Shown: positions 12,176 through 25,989, counted from the first letter of the stretch. The stretch: DNA of 64,000 nt from Octopus sinensis (GCF_006345805.1 NC_042997.1:153512001-153576000); one strand, 5' to 3'. Notes: a model not told the origin generated them from the letters alone. A program made the numbers and translations.

Positions 12176-12420
12176 GTCTTGTTGCCCTTGGATCATCCTT
12201 TTCGGCATCCCTTTTGTTCTACTGGCAGTAGATTGTTTTTCTGCAAGGAACGTATATATTTTCCCTGATAGAGTACCTGTTAAATCTTTCCATATGAAGA
12301 TAAATCAAGCAAAGGGTCGGTAATTGCCAACCTCATTGCCCTTTTACCGATCCTTCATTAACAATGTTGCTCTTCTCTCCACCATCCACTCCGGAACTGC
12401 ACCGCTCCGTAGGCAATTGT
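12176..12420 (-). mobile_element. Non-LTR retrotransposon RT fragment, R4/Dong-like
   Basis: Minus translation CLRSGAVPEWMVERRATLLMKDR*KGNEVGNYRPFA*...WKDLTG...NNLLPVEQKGCRKG, with stops and one frameshift. NYRP and EQKGCR motifs are present. Confidence 0.75.
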
Positions 12421-12421
12421 C

Positions 12422-12473
<52 letters not shown>
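12422..12473. repeat. (ATT)n microsatellite
   Basis: Direct reading. Confidence 0.95.
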
Positions 12474-12475
<2 letters not shown>

Positions 12476-12476
12476 A

Positions 12477-12648
12477 GTGGCGAGCTAGCTAAATCATTAG
12501 ATCATCGGACACAATGCCTCACACCATTTCTTCCGGCTCCACATTTTGAATTCAAATTCTGTCGAAGTCAGCTTTGGCATTCATTCTTTCGGGTTTGATA
12601 AAATAAGAACCAGATGCACACTGGCGCTGATATAATCGACTAGTCCCC
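12477..12648 (+). mobile_element. Degenerate SINE, group 1
   Basis: GGCGAGCTAG head, GAATTCAAATTC, CACTGGCGCTGATATAATCGACT. Confidence 0.7.
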
Positions 12649-15600
12649 TTTTAGACGTTGTAACTATAGTTGAACAGGTTATTATAATTGTTATTGTATA
12701 ACTGACAAAGAATTTGATACAAATTCGTGGTGCCAACATTCAACAGTTCACGACTAACTGAAAGAAATCATTCTAACAAAGTATTTACTAATGGTGGTGA
12801 AAATCTCTTGTGAACAAAAACAAAATTGTAACAGTATTTACCATAACTTTATTGATCGTATTGTCAAAGAGACTGTTTAATATCAAATGCATTACATAAC
12901 AAATTTTTAAGAAACAAACTCTATAAACACGTTAGAACGAAATCTTTTTAGCTATTTATTTGTGCTTTTTATTGCGTTTTAAATTATTTTTATTGAATAG
13001 TGTCACACAAAGAGTTTACTTCTAAAGATAAAACTATTGAATGTCGAGTGTATTTTCTGCATTTGATCTGAAATAGCTAAAACACGGCCTCTTTCCCAAG
13101 ACAATATAAACAGTCACTCCATATCTGCTCTCAAACTAAACACATTCTAGTGATTCTCCACTTCAACATTTTCTAGTAGTTCTTTATTTGAAAAAGTTTA
13201 ATGAATACAATTTCTAATTAACAGAAAACTATAGATTAATAGTGCAAAAAGTATGACGTAACGAAGATGAACCGGACAACTTTTAAAAAATTCACTTCAA
13301 TTTAAACAACAAACTAAACAAGTAAATTTGTCATATAAAAATGTGATTGACATCAAATCTATACAAATGCACTCGTGAAAATATTAACTTGCATGTGAAC
13401 ATCGACGTGCATTGTAAATAGTTGAAATGAGAGCCATTTTTTATTAATTCTGAAATTATTAAAACGTATCAATTCTGAAGTAAATGGAAAGGCAATACTT
13501 CTGATAGTGAAATTTTGCCAATATTCCAAAATAGGCAACATCAACAACAGAATTCTTACATTTTTTCACAATGATAATATTGCTACATCTGACGTGTTGT
13601 AGTTTTAGAAGCATATGGTTATATTAGTATTTCTTATAGAATGGATCAGCAAACACAATAAATAGCAAGCCTAATATCTAATTAGTAATTCCTGCCGGTA
13701 ATATGAATTCTAAGGAAACAAATTTAACAGAACAACGATTGTCAATGGCCAGATAACAATATATCTGTAGAAGAATGTAATGCGGTTGCAAGAAATACAC
13801 ACCTGACTTTCTATTACTGAAATGGTTCCAAAGCATGGTTGGACAACATACTGACTAATAAGAAATGGATAAATAGATTGATAGTACAGTTTTTGTAGAC
13901 AGTGAACATATTGTCTCAGAAGTAAATGTCTTAGGATAAATAAAATAAGCATGGAAAGAGAAGTTGCCATGGGCGCCTATAAGCTATTATGTGACAGTGT
14001 GATAAATGCATTCAAACTTGATATTTCAAAAATCGATTTGAAATATTGCATTGTGAAGATACAGAGAATACAGCTGACACTACATATGCTGTGTTAATGC
14101 AATCTCATGCGGAAGAAAGTATGGTGAAGAGGAAATTACATAAACTTTACACAGTAAAAACATTATGTGGTGATTGATTTTGAGGATCCTATAGCAGAAA
14201 AAAAAATTATGAATAAATTATTAAAAATTGATAGCATTAATAAAATATTAAAAATTAACAGCTTAAATAAAATGCAAAATTTTTCGAAATTAATAAAATA
14301 TTAAAAATTAAATACAATAAAGATATATTCGAATTAAAACAATAAAAAGATATCAAAAATTAAATTTTTAAATAATTAAAATCGAAAACAATAAAGCAAG
14401 ATCAATAAACTCGTTGATACCATTACAGAAAACAAATGTGTTATTGGAAAGCGAAAAAAATTAAATGAAAGATAATATTGTTGAGAACAAAGAGGGATTA
14501 GAGTTGAATTTTGTAAACGATATACATAGTGTGTGGGAAATAAATTTGTAACCAATATGTTAAGAGCGAAATGCTTTATAAAATGTGCAAACTTTGTAAT
14601 ACTTATTAATATTCATTTCCTACGAAAGAATCTAAAAACTAAACTGATATAACAAAACAACAGAGTTCTACGCTGAGTATCAAAACACTTGATGATATTT
14701 GGATAACACTGAAGAATTTAATCTTAATGTAGGAAAAATTCAGCATGGCGGAGACCGTCCATCTCCAGATTTAACTCAGAACAGGAAATAGAGCACAGCA
14801 AGCTGATAAAATATTTAATATTACAGTGCTAATATTGTTTATAGAGGAAAGTAGTTTCGTGTTTTTTAATGGCATAGTCACTGGAGGTAAGCGGTAAAAA
14901 AAAAAACCTTAAATGGAATCTTAAAACTGTGTGCTAGATTTAGTCGGCACTAGATTTAACTCAAGTACCTGGTCTTTGGATATCTTTAGAGGAGTCTGCT
15001 TTCTGGCAAACATGCTTCCAGGTATCCAGTCCAGAATACTCTGACAAAAAACAAGAATACTGACCTTTCTCATCAAAATTAACAAAATATGTTAAGGATG
15101 GAAATATGTTAATGATAAAAAGATTTCTTAACGTATCGACCGCACAGGTGACCACATTACTATATATGATAATGTAAAAATCCAGTTAAGAGCCTAAACG
15201 TGAGCACCTTTCTTGCGCCTATATTTGAAGCAGTTAATAGTGGCGAAAGAGGATTGATGCTAGAAATGTTGCTATACATTGCACTTTGTAGAGGCAAGGA
15301 GTGCCCAGAGGAGGAAGATGTTCGCAAATATAGGGTACCCTGACCTTCCCTAGGTAGTAAATTGCCTCCTGTTTCTGATGAGTGACTTCGTTCTTTTATA
15401 GTTTTATATTGTATTTGAATTTTTTATTGTGTATTGCATTTTTGACCCATTCTCAAACACAATATGACCGAATGATAAAAAAAGTTCTCTTCCTAAGCAT
15501 GGGATCTCAGGTTCGATCCCACAACGTGGCGTCTTCGGCAGATGCCATTTTCTATTTCTGGTCGATCCATACCATGGGAATAAATTTCGATATACGGAGA

Positions 15601-15900
15601 TTGTACAGAGACCAACCGAGTGCAGTATACCTGTAATCCAAAGGCACAGTCTTGTCATACACTGTCTCTGATTCTCCTTGAGGTTACTTTAAGGATACAC
15701 GTGTGTATGCAATGCTTAGTATCTAATATATTAATTCAGGAACTGGGAATCCAGTTAATAAAACAGCTGAATCCTCGTCGTTGAACGATGGAGAATCATC
15801 CCCACCCCCACAACCACACTCCACCATATTTGTAACCCCTCTCTATGGCATATTTTAATTTATCAGAAAGGAGCTTATGACCAATACAGGAACCATTCTT

Positions 15901-15947
<47 letters not shown>

Positions 15948-16049
15948 TAGTAGTTGTTGTATCCGACGATAGATTTGAGAGGGCAGGCCTGCGATCAAAG
16001 GATATATACACACATACACACACTGAACACAATGACTACAGTCAGACAT

Positions 16050-16215
16050 AGAATGCACAGTGACAATCCCGTCTTCTTTTTTTTTTATACTATTAATGTA
16101 GCATCCCAGTGTGTTCTATTCTGACTTTTTTAAGACGGAAAGATAGTGCTGAAGAGAAATTTAACAGCTATTTCTGGTAGGTTTAGCGACAAAGTGAGGC
16201 TCCCTCGTTGGCTAG
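16050..16215 (-). mobile_element. Dispersed repeat family D (probable retroposon 3' end with AAC tail)
   Basis: AGAAATAGC...AAAT.TC.CTC...CCGTCTTAAAAA motif, with related copies near 2095-2260, 20071-20290, 32745-32935, 34975-35140 and 49140-49330. Confidence 0.5.
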
Positions 16216-16224
16216 CAGCAGCAA

Positions 16225-16365
16225 CAGTAGTAGTAGTAGTAGTAGTGGTAGTGGTGGTGGTGGTGGTGGTGTGGTGGTGGTGGTGCTGGTGGTGCTGGTG
16301 GTGCTGGTAGTGGTAGTGGTAGTAGTAGTAGTTAGTAGTAGTAGTAGTAGTAGTAGTAGTAGAAG
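16225..16365. repeat. Compound (TAG)/(TGG)/(TGC) trinucleotide tract
   Basis: Direct reading. A pure (TAG)n tract also lies at 15901-15946. Confidence 0.9.
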
Positions 16366-17913
16366 TAGTTGTTGTTTTTGTTTTTAGATATAGCTGCCTT
16401 TGTTGTCTACAGATATTTTTGACTGAATACTGTTGAAATATATTACAATAACAACGCTTGCTGTTTTTTTTTGTTGGGATATTTGGTGGGGTTTTGTTGT
16501 TTTTGATTTTGGCTTAGATGGAAGATTGCTGTTACATCTCATTGTTATACTCAGAAACGTAGAAACGAAGAACCGACATGTTGGTGGTAGCCATTAGCAG
16601 ATAATCGTAGCACATTTTTAATTCACCATGCATACGAAGGCATAAATATAAATATATTACCTTACGTGCGTACGTGTGAGTGTGCGTGTGTATGTGTGCC
16701 TTTCTGTGTTTGTGCGTTGAAAATATCATACACAAATGTATGCATGTGCGTAAAAGTATTTGTACATGTGTATATACGTGCGTTCATGCTCATTCTTCAT
16801 TCTTGCCATACAAAATGGAAGCATCTGAATTGAGTTATGGTTCATCTTTCTGAATTTTTATGAGAGTATGTGTAGATATGTTTGTATTCGTGTAAGTAAA
16901 TTTCTATATAATTACATTTATATTTGTGTTATTATATTTGCGTTATTTTTAAGAATGTATTTATGTATTTTCGTATATGCGTATATATCATAACACATAT
17001 TTATAATATGTATGCATATATGTATAAACACAAAAAGAGAAGCAAGGGATATGTAGTAGTTTGGTTAGGTGAGATAGAAGACAGAAGGAAGGAAAAAAGT
17101 AAGTAATGGTGATTTCAAAATTAAATATGTCTGCATGTGTGTGCGTATGTTTACATGAAGTGCTTGTGTGTTTATCCAGTTATTTATATAACTATATATA
17201 CACTCTGAATCTATCTCTCCCTTAATCTCCTATTTGTTCAAAGAAGATATTACTTCGATGAAGTGAAGTGTTATTGTATGAAATGAGATAAGACAGATAC
17301 GAGACTGGCTCCACAACAGTTTCGCATCCTGGATAAGATAAATGTTATTCGGTCATGTAGTTATCACTCAGAACAAAAATTGTTTATGAATTCATGTCAG
17401 TATTTGTGTTGTAAGGACGTACATTGCTATGATATGAGAAGGTTTTTTTTTTTAATATCCTGATGTATTAAGCCCAAATCTCTGTGAAGTATATTTTCTT
17501 TTCAAGTTCTTTTTTTTTTGTTATTATTTCAATAGTGTTCGCTAAAACAACACACCAGTTTTCTTTGTGGCGTGTAAATTATCGTCTAAATCAATGAAAC
17601 ACACCTATTTATTTTATTTCTAATTTCTGTAGTCGTGTTACTTTATTATGGTATAGATGTAATTTTGATATTTATTACGATTATAATAATGAGCGAATAA
17701 TAGAGGAGTGAATAAACAAAAGAATAAATATGAATGGTTGAATACTGACGAATTCTTTAATGACGTGGCCTGCAAGCTATCTTGATTTGACCTTTGATAC
17801 TTTTCCTAGATCTCTGTAAACTTTGCGAACTCCTAACGCAAGCACAATTGTTGATAAAGTTACTATTTTTGCTATCCGCTTTACTAAGCTACACACACGA
17901 TATTCTTGTTGAT

Positions 17914-17959
<46 letters not shown>

Positions 17960-17977
17960 TATATATATATTATATAT

Positions 17978-18029
<52 letters not shown>

Positions 18030-18449
18030 ACGCACACACACAATCCATGGTAATTTAGCTCACTTTGTTAAAGGTTCTATTTCAATGCACTTACGGTGTG
18101 CGCCACGGTAATTTGCCGATGTAGTATGTTTGTTAAAATTTAATGAGCGGATAAATACTTTAAATATCTGCCTTACGTCTGCACTTTTTCTCATCAGCCG
18201 TTTATGCTGAGTAACAACCACTACGTTATTATTTTTTTTAATTTCTACATTCCATCGTTTTCCAAAGCCAATGTACCGTGATCGCTAATCATTTGAATGC
18301 ATAAAAAGTAGAGCATATCAGAAAATGCCACATAGTCATTTCACTGTCGGTATTTTCCGTACAAATCAATAACAGCAGATGAACATTTACTAAAATACAC
18401 TTTTTCGATGGGAAAAATGCTGTCCACCAAATGTATCAAATGTATGAGG

Positions 18450-19300
18450 TGTACGAATGAAACAAGCTAAACAATAAAAGTGACAGCCGATGACCGCAAC
18501 TTCAACGTGTAGAAATAAACTATAATTTTTGGAAAGGAATGCCAATGCAATCTATGGCCAACAAAGCTCATGTTAAGTAATTTTGTGAAAATGTGACATC
18601 TCATATCCGTTTTGAGCTCTAATTTACGATTCGCATCACGCAACAGATTTTCCAAAGAGGTCATGAACATGGTTGGCAAGAGCATAGCAGATACGATGCG
18701 AAGTAATGCGACTGATATCGCTACATGACCTATTTAGCATAGATCTCGTAACGCGGACATACCGAAATGTAAAATCATTACATCACAATATTAAGAACGA
18801 GGTTCTATTGTGGCATCAATAATCACAGAAGAGAAATGTTTGCCATACTACAGCAACTTTACCTGTTCATGGTTCAGTACACTCTGCATCAATACATCAT
18901 GGAGTTACAGGGGAAAAAATCCGTGGACAGCTAGTGGAGTTGAAAAGTTTGGTCAATGCACAATGGATGTGTCAAAGGGCATCACGTTATCCTATGCATT
19001 TCATGTTTCCGTTTATTTTAGACGTTCTGTCTTCAATGACGATACCGAGCGCTCGGAAAGATAATCTGACAAGTTGCTTCTATCACTTTTGTCTCCAAAC
19101 TTTTGCGCTTACCTTTGAAGTTCTGTTACGGAGCTGACCTCAGTGCAGACCCTACGATCACCTTCACTGAATATAAATGCAGCAACAAGCAATAAGGATA
19201 TTGATGACGGTTGAAATAAGCTAAACCACAAACGTATAAAGCTTCCGATCAAACAACAGCCTGCTGAACATTTTAAGGGCACCCAACTAGTCTGGAAGAA
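18450..19300 (+). mobile_element. Highly decayed hAT-type (ZMYM1-like) transposase remnant
   Basis: Frame-hopping translation gives, in the expected order, MFAILQQLYLF, ELKSLVNAQWMCQ (cf. LK-x-LS-x-TRW), LLLSLLSPNFCAYL and TLRSPSLNINAA (cf. LQS-x-S-x-DL-x2-A). Confidence 0.5.
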
Positions 19301-19604
19301 AATAAAATACTAAGGAGCAAATACCCACAATTTCTTGAAGATTAATCGATAGATTATCTTGTTGATTTTGCTATGAGGCTTCTAGTTTGGATCGGATTTA
19401 CTCGGAATTCTGACATACCAATTTCCAACAGAAAACTGTAATCACACACACACACACTCACATATATATATATATTATATATATATATATATTATATATA
19501 TATATATATATATAAACACACACATAGAAGGGGAATGAGATTACATAGATAGATACAAACATACATACTTGCATGAACTCACACGCATGTACATATATAC
19601 ATAC

Positions 19605-19649
<45 letters not shown>

Positions 19650-20584
19650 TGTGTGTGTGTGCTATTTTTTACACTGGCCTATATTTCAGCACATCTCTGT
19701 TACCTTCTTTTCTATCCCACAAATTAGCCATTCGTCTCTTACGTGTCGATGAAATAAATATTGGATTGAAATAAGCACTGGGCTCGAAATAATCAACTAA
19801 ACACTTAAAAACAGCGCAAAATATTGCTACAATTCAAAGACTGGCGCTAGCAACTTAGTAAAAGAAAATACACTCATATTTAAATACATAACTATCATCT
19901 ACAAAATTTTATCAGTTCTAAGGAATATTAAAAAATACTTTGGTAGTATAACTTTAAAACATGTGTACTCAATAGAGATCAGAAGTCTTTGGTATATATT
20001 TTTATACTTTCATCGTGTCTCTTGATTTGTTTCAACTCGGTTCAAAATCGAGTTTTTCAAGTATATATTTTGTTGCTTAGCTCAGGCTAGACCTGATAGA
20101 ACAGATCGTATATGTCCTATCTACAGTGAACATCTCGCTCAGTTTTTCAGGCATATTGTATCTTGGTCTACACTATCAAATATGCTCTTCCTTTTTTTTA
20201 ACTTGTGAGAATTTAATTAATTGATGAGAGGAGAAAATTTAACTGCTATTTCTAGCCGGTTTGGGAAATCATATAGAAATTCCTTCATTGGCTTGTATTG
20301 TTGGAAAAATGTCTAGAGAACATCAGCAAATAATTTAAAGTATGTATGGCATGTCTGTGTGCTTTGAGTTCAAATCTATCAGAAGCGAATTTACGTTTCT
20401 TCTTTTTGGATATGTATAGGTGTAGTTGTTTAATCTCAGGCCATTACTGATCGAGTAGAACTATCATATCAAAAGCGTTCGATCAGTCACCATCTTATAT
20501 ATTTAACATTATCTTGTAAAATGTGTTTTTCTTATTAAGAATGTTGGATGTGATTTGATGGGTTTGGGGATGTTATTTCTAAAA

Positions 20585-20949
20585 GGTGCAAGCGTGGCTG
20601 CGTGGTAAAAAGCTTGCTTCCCAACCACATGGTTCCGAGTTCAGTCCCACTGCCAGACACCTTGGGTGAGTGTCTTGTATTACAGTCTCGGACGGACCAA
20701 AGCCTTGTGAATGGATGTGGTGGACGGAAACTGAAAGAAACCTTGTGTGTGTGTGTGTCTTTGTGTCTATGTTTGTCCTCCACAACCGCTTGACAACCAG
20801 TGTTGGTGTGTTTCAGTCCAAGTAACCTAGCGATTCGTTAAAAGAGACCGACAGGCTTTTAAAAAATAGGCACTGCAGTCGATTCATTTTACAAGGCTGT
20901 GTCCCGGTATGATCACAGTTTAATGACTGGAACAGGTAAAAGATAAAAG
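20585..20949 (+). mobile_element. Full-length tRNA-derived SINE, group 2
   Basis: GCGTGGCTGCGTGGTAA head, GAGTTCAGTCCC box, CACCTTGGGTGAGTGTCTT CORE-like segment, internal (GT)n, and tail ACAGGTAAAAG. Confidence 0.88.
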
Positions 20950-21949
20950 CTATCAAGTGAAGACGTAGGAGCTTTCTAGTATGACTCGTTATGCTCAGTG
21001 CTGATAATTAAGTACCGGTATCTTCTTAGATGCAATTAAATCGAAAATACTTTGTTCTTGAAAGACAAGTAATTTGTCTTTTAAAAGAGCCTAATTTGAG
21101 ATAGAATTTCAAATAATTACTTACTAAATGTAGAACAGTGTTCATCATTTCTCGGAGTTTCCTATTTCTCAGAAGATGTATGGTCAATTAAGTGATTTAT
21201 ATTGCTGAGAAGTGGGGACATTTTGGCGTTAATGGTTTGGTGTAGATGCTCCCGCGTTAAATGGTATGGAACGTTTTAGCACTGAAACTCTTTGACACCG
21301 TAAAAATTTTATCTTACATCATAGCTAATTGGTTCTTACTGGATGGGCTTGTGATGTTCATAACTACCAATTAAAAAGTTAAATAAGGCAACATATTTTG
21401 AAGCATACTATAATTTTTTTCTTATATTAACAGTAACAATCATTCATTATCTTCTTTCTTTATCTTCCTGTGCATGTCATGTAAAAGGAGATTACTTAGT
21501 TTTAGCTATTCCATTTCGTTTTAAATTTATTTTTTTATGCATTTTAATACTTCAGTCTGTTTCTCTCTCGCTCTGTCTAGTTAGCTCTACATTTCTATCA
21601 CTTTATCTATCTTTCTAGCTCTACCAATTTCTGACTCTCTCTTTCTCTCTCTTTCTCCCTCTCTCCCTCTTTCTCTACTTTGTATTTATGTTCCTGTGTG
21701 TCTGTGTATTTACCTTCAGCAAATCGTCCGTCTGTGCTCCTGTGGGAATGGAATGTGTGGTATGTGTAACTGTGTCATGTGTATAATTTTTTCCGGGGAT
21801 GTACGTATATATAGCTGTGTTCGTTGGTCTGTTTTCTTTGTGTACAGGATAGTCGTGGGGATCTTATCTTAGCGTTCAGTGTGTAATGTGTGTGTGTGGT
21901 CGTACAATTTGTGTGAAACAGTGTGTTGGGGAGGAGACATATTGGGGGG

Positions 21950-23420
21950 GGTTTATTTTGTGGGGTGTCCGCCTTGTAGGGATGTGTGTGTCTGCCTTAT
22001 AGGGGTGTGTGCTTCGGTGAAACTCTTTTTGTCAGGATCAAGGGCATTGGGGGAAGGTCGTTTGTGGAAGGTCGAGGCTGGGAACCTGTTGTTGCAGTCG
22101 AAGTAGGGGGCTTGTAGCTGCAAGTACGATAGAATGTATTTCCTTCCATGCGAGCAAGAATTTAACTCCTCACTCTTGCTAGTCAGGTAAAAATTCGGGC
22201 GTTGGGTACCTTTTAAAATTGCTCTCTTCTCAGCCAGGCATAATCTGCACTTCCTGTTGCTACAGAAATACGGTTTGCATCTTTCTAGGACCTTCCACTT
22301 TATGTTGTACTCCGTGGCGCTTTCTTTCAAAGTCCAGATGAGCTTGGCTAGTGTTGAGGTGTTTCGTCACTCTGAGATGTTGAATGAGGATTTGTGGTTA
22401 TTAAAGCGGGTGTTCTGAAGGGGCCTTCCGTTATCCCCACATACTTCCGCACGCTCGGTTGGGTCCTGTTGTTGTTACTTCTGCCTTGTAAACAACTGTT
22501 TCCGTATTGCAGTGACCGTTTAGTGAATAAATTGTGTTACCCCTCCATGAACATCCTGCCTCAGCCTGGGTCTAAGTCTACCTACTAAAATTATTTTTAC
22601 ACTAGGTACACAGCTAAAGGATAATCTCAGGGTAAGCCTATTAAATATTTTGATGAATCTATTGGTACGGGGGAAGTGTATATCAGCTAAACTCAGCAAG
22701 ATTTTACCTACTCTGGTTTTAACATTTAAAGTTTCCAGTGGCACTTTCTCTTGGGGGTGCTAGGGTCTAGAATGTAATTGATATTATCCTTAAACCCACT
22801 GGCAGCCAAATCTCGATTGCAGTACGTAGCGGCAATATCAAAGATCTCTTTGCTTGAAGACAAGCTGGAGATTCTCCTGCTGACACCCTTAACCAGGTTA
22901 CTGAACACTATGGCTGGATGGCAGGAACCTGTGTTAATGTAAGACAACTCCTCATTTGGTTTCCTAAAGTGCCTATAAACACCTGAATCCAGATCCAGGA
23001 TCAAGTCAAGGAAATCCACCGTTTTCAGATTCAGGGTCACGTCAAAGAAATCCACCGTCACTATAGTGACCATCATTCTGAGGGATTTCATGGTACAAGT
23101 GAGGTCTTTCTGAACCAATCTAGCGTTTGGATGTTAGCCTCTCTTGATATTGCCTTCATGTCGTCCCTGTAGAGGTCAAAGCTAGTTGAAGTAAATTTCT
23201 TTTTTAGTATATCTAGGATGGAGAGACCGACTAGGTCACGTACGTCCTCACTGTCAAAAGCACCTATTGCCGCGTCGAAGGAACCCTCTGCGTCAGTGCG
23301 TTTGGTCCAAGCGGAGGCCTTACTGAAGAGTAGAGTTCTTCTGGCATGCATGATAATGCGTATGTCCTCATCATTGACCGTATATATATTTAAGTCAATG
23401 TCATTTATTAGTTTTGAATT
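21950..23420 (-). mobile_element. Decayed Penelope-like retroelement: RT, Cys-rich linker and C-terminal GIY-YIG endonuclease
   Basis: Minus-strand ORF pieces in order: HARRTLLF...SFDAAIGAFDSEDVRDLVGL...LYRDD (RT); VDFLD...HP...RRISSLSS (thumb); HFP...KIFNR...SFSC; LNGHC...VVYKA...KYVGITEGPF...RFNNH (GIY-YIG); CRLCLAEK...CSH. Multiple frameshifts and stops. Confidence 0.92.
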
Positions 23421-23744
23421 ATCTTCTAATAAATTCTAGATAATATTTAAACATTTAATCTGCTTCTGCAATAGGTTGTATTATATTATAGGTTACAATT
23501 ATATACCGTTGAAAGAGCTTGTTACATAAGACAATATAATATTCACGTGTGGACTGGATGAATGATCGGTTCATAATTAGTTCCAATGGGATGACTCGAG
23601 ACAACCGGATTTACAAAGAGAAAGAAGCAAAGAAAATGGAAGGCAGTAATAGAAATAATCATCGATTACAAAAATCCAAACTTTTTGCCTACAGCCTTAT
23701 CGACATTGCACAGAATAAGTCAGCCATTTTCAGAATGTAAAAAA

Positions 23745-24149
23745 TTATTTGAAATAATTTAAAACTACTGGTATTTATTATATTTTGTATTAGAATGTTA
23801 CTTTATACGCAAGAAAATTTCACTTGTCATATCATACTTTTTCAAAAATGATTCATTCATCATAACTCAAAGAAAGAGAAATATACACACAATGTGCACA
23901 GGGCCACCCAGACACACACACAACATACATAAAGAGAAAGAACGCGATAGAGAGAGAGTAACTGATACTAGAATATATAGAGAGAGATGGAGAGAGAGAG
24001 AGAGATGGAGAAAGAGAGAGAGAAGGAGAGCATATATATATGTATGTGTGGTATATATAATATATATATATATACGCATACATATATATATACATACATA
24101 TGTATATACACATACATATATATATATATATACATACATATATATATAT

Positions 24150-24200
<51 letters not shown>

Positions 24201-24510
24201 ATATTATATATATATATATATGTAAATATACATATATGTAAATATACATATAATACAGGATAAAAATTTTTCGAAAAAATTCTATCAATGGCTTGCACAT
24301 TTTTGAAGATGTATGATATGACAAGTGAAATTTTCTTGCGTATAAAGTAACATTCTATTACAAAATAAAATAAATACCAGTAGTTTTAAATTATTTCAAA
24401 TAAGTTTATTTTCGGCATATTTGGCATTAGAATTTTTTTCTTTTGCCCTTGTTTATGAGGTATTTTTAATATGCTGGCCATTGATAGAATTTTTTCGAAA
24501 AAATATTATT
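23745..24510. repeat. Nested inverted/direct repeat complex, probably Penelope-type termini around a microsatellite
   Basis: 106-bp inverted arms at 23745-23850 and 24298-24403; second inverted pair at ~24266-24291 and ~24478-24502; direct repeat ~24409-24460 with ~24851-24900. Confidence 0.8.
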
Positions 24511-24982
24511 TCATATTAGATGTAAATTTAATGCTTTTCACTTCCGGACTGTCTCACTGTATGATAATTTTCAGTCCGATCACGCGTGTCTCGAGGTATG
24601 CTGTAGAATTTCTATTTTAGATATATTTGGGGTACTTAAGTGTACTTAGTGTTTACTTCTTCCACGGGTATAAGTAAGTATTTCATTTCTTACCGTATTT
24701 ATCGCTTACGAAGACAAACATTCTTATGAATTAACTCTGAAATCGGGGCTGATCCGATAATAACGGAATTTTTAAGAAATTTCTGTCGGCTTACTTCGAG
24801 ACGCGTGCTTATAGGGATGGATTAAATGGTTATTGACGATCTAAGACTATTTTCGGCGTATTTGGCATTAGAATTTTTTCTTTTGCCTTTGTTTATAGGT
24901 TATATATAAATATATATATAAATATATATATAATACATATGTATAAATGTATGTATATAAATATATATATGAATACATATAT

Positions 24983-25028
<46 letters not shown>

Positions 25029-25047
25029 ATATGTAAAAGTAAAAAAA

Positions 25048-25330
25048 TATACAAACTGGGACAAGAACGTGAAACATTTAGAAGACGACACAAAAAACAC
25101 GGACGGGACATTCGAAGCCTTCAATCTTCAGTCAAGAACCGGATCATCTTCGCAATTTCGGCTGATTAATCTTGAGATTGCTCCGACCTGGGTAGCCTCA
25201 AAGGAAAATCTAAGCCAAGCGCATTAGATTCCTTGGAAGAAAACCTCGAATGTATACAAAACAAGGACGGAAAACGGACGATGTTACACGAATAAAAATA
25301 CAAAAATACGTAAAAACAATAATGATAATA
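25048..25330 (-). mobile_element. Penelope-type terminal repeat fragment, family A
   Basis: Reverse-complement homolog of 8900-9125, flanked by TA tracts. Confidence 0.6.
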
Positions 25331-25353
25331 ATAACAACAAAACCAGGATGTCA

Positions 25354-25418
<65 letters not shown>

Positions 25419-25444
25419 GAATACATATATCTATAAATATATAT

Positions 25445-25935
25445 ATCCTTAAAACTCTATATAATGTTTCAGCCCAAAAGCTGCGGTCAAGCTGGGTCAC
25501 AACCGTTGAATGTGCTACACTAGTATGTGAAACTACCTCTGATACATGGCACTTGGTGAACAAGGGAGTTGGACGCCGCTGCCTGCATCTGTGTTTCCTG
25601 TCGAGAGGTAGGTTCAACTGGAACCCCTGACAAGAAGAGATCAAGTTTAGTTTTAAAGAAACCCACATCGACACCATTCAAGTCTCTCAGGCATTTAGGA
25701 AGGATATTGAAGAGTAGTGGTCCCCTAAAACCCAAGCTGTTGCAGTATCTGGTCCTGTATTTTGATGGTGATGTTGGGATATTTCGCACCATGCAGTGGC
25801 ACCCCGTTCTGCTGTTTGGGACAAGGACCCCCAGGATTTTCCAGATGTATATTATTGCATATCTCTCCCGCCTTCGCTCCAGGGAGAAGAGTTTTAATAT
25901 TTCAGTCTTTCCCAATAGCTGATATGTTGCAGTGT
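25445..25935 (-). mobile_element. CR1/Jockey-group LINE, 3' fragment
   Basis: ORF 25520-25915: LKLFSLERRRERYAIIYIWKIL...GPLLFNILP...FKTKLDLFL, the C-terminus typical of CR1-like ORF2. Same family as 28950-30355. Confidence 0.85.
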
Positions 25936-25989
25936 AGCTTCGTTGGATTGCTTCGAGTTCTGCTGTTATATATAAATATATATGTATGA

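Noticed and set aside
12660-14700. Long AT-rich stretch without microsatellites as possible hidden exons or a transposon
   Set aside because: No splice-bounded open frame or recognisable motif found by eye on either strand.
22367-22369. In-frame TGA in the Penelope-like endonuclease as possible selenocysteine
   Set aside because: It is not at a conserved Cys position, the element has many frameshifts, and the selenoprotein-coding Naiad clade has an N-terminal endonuclease, unlike this element.
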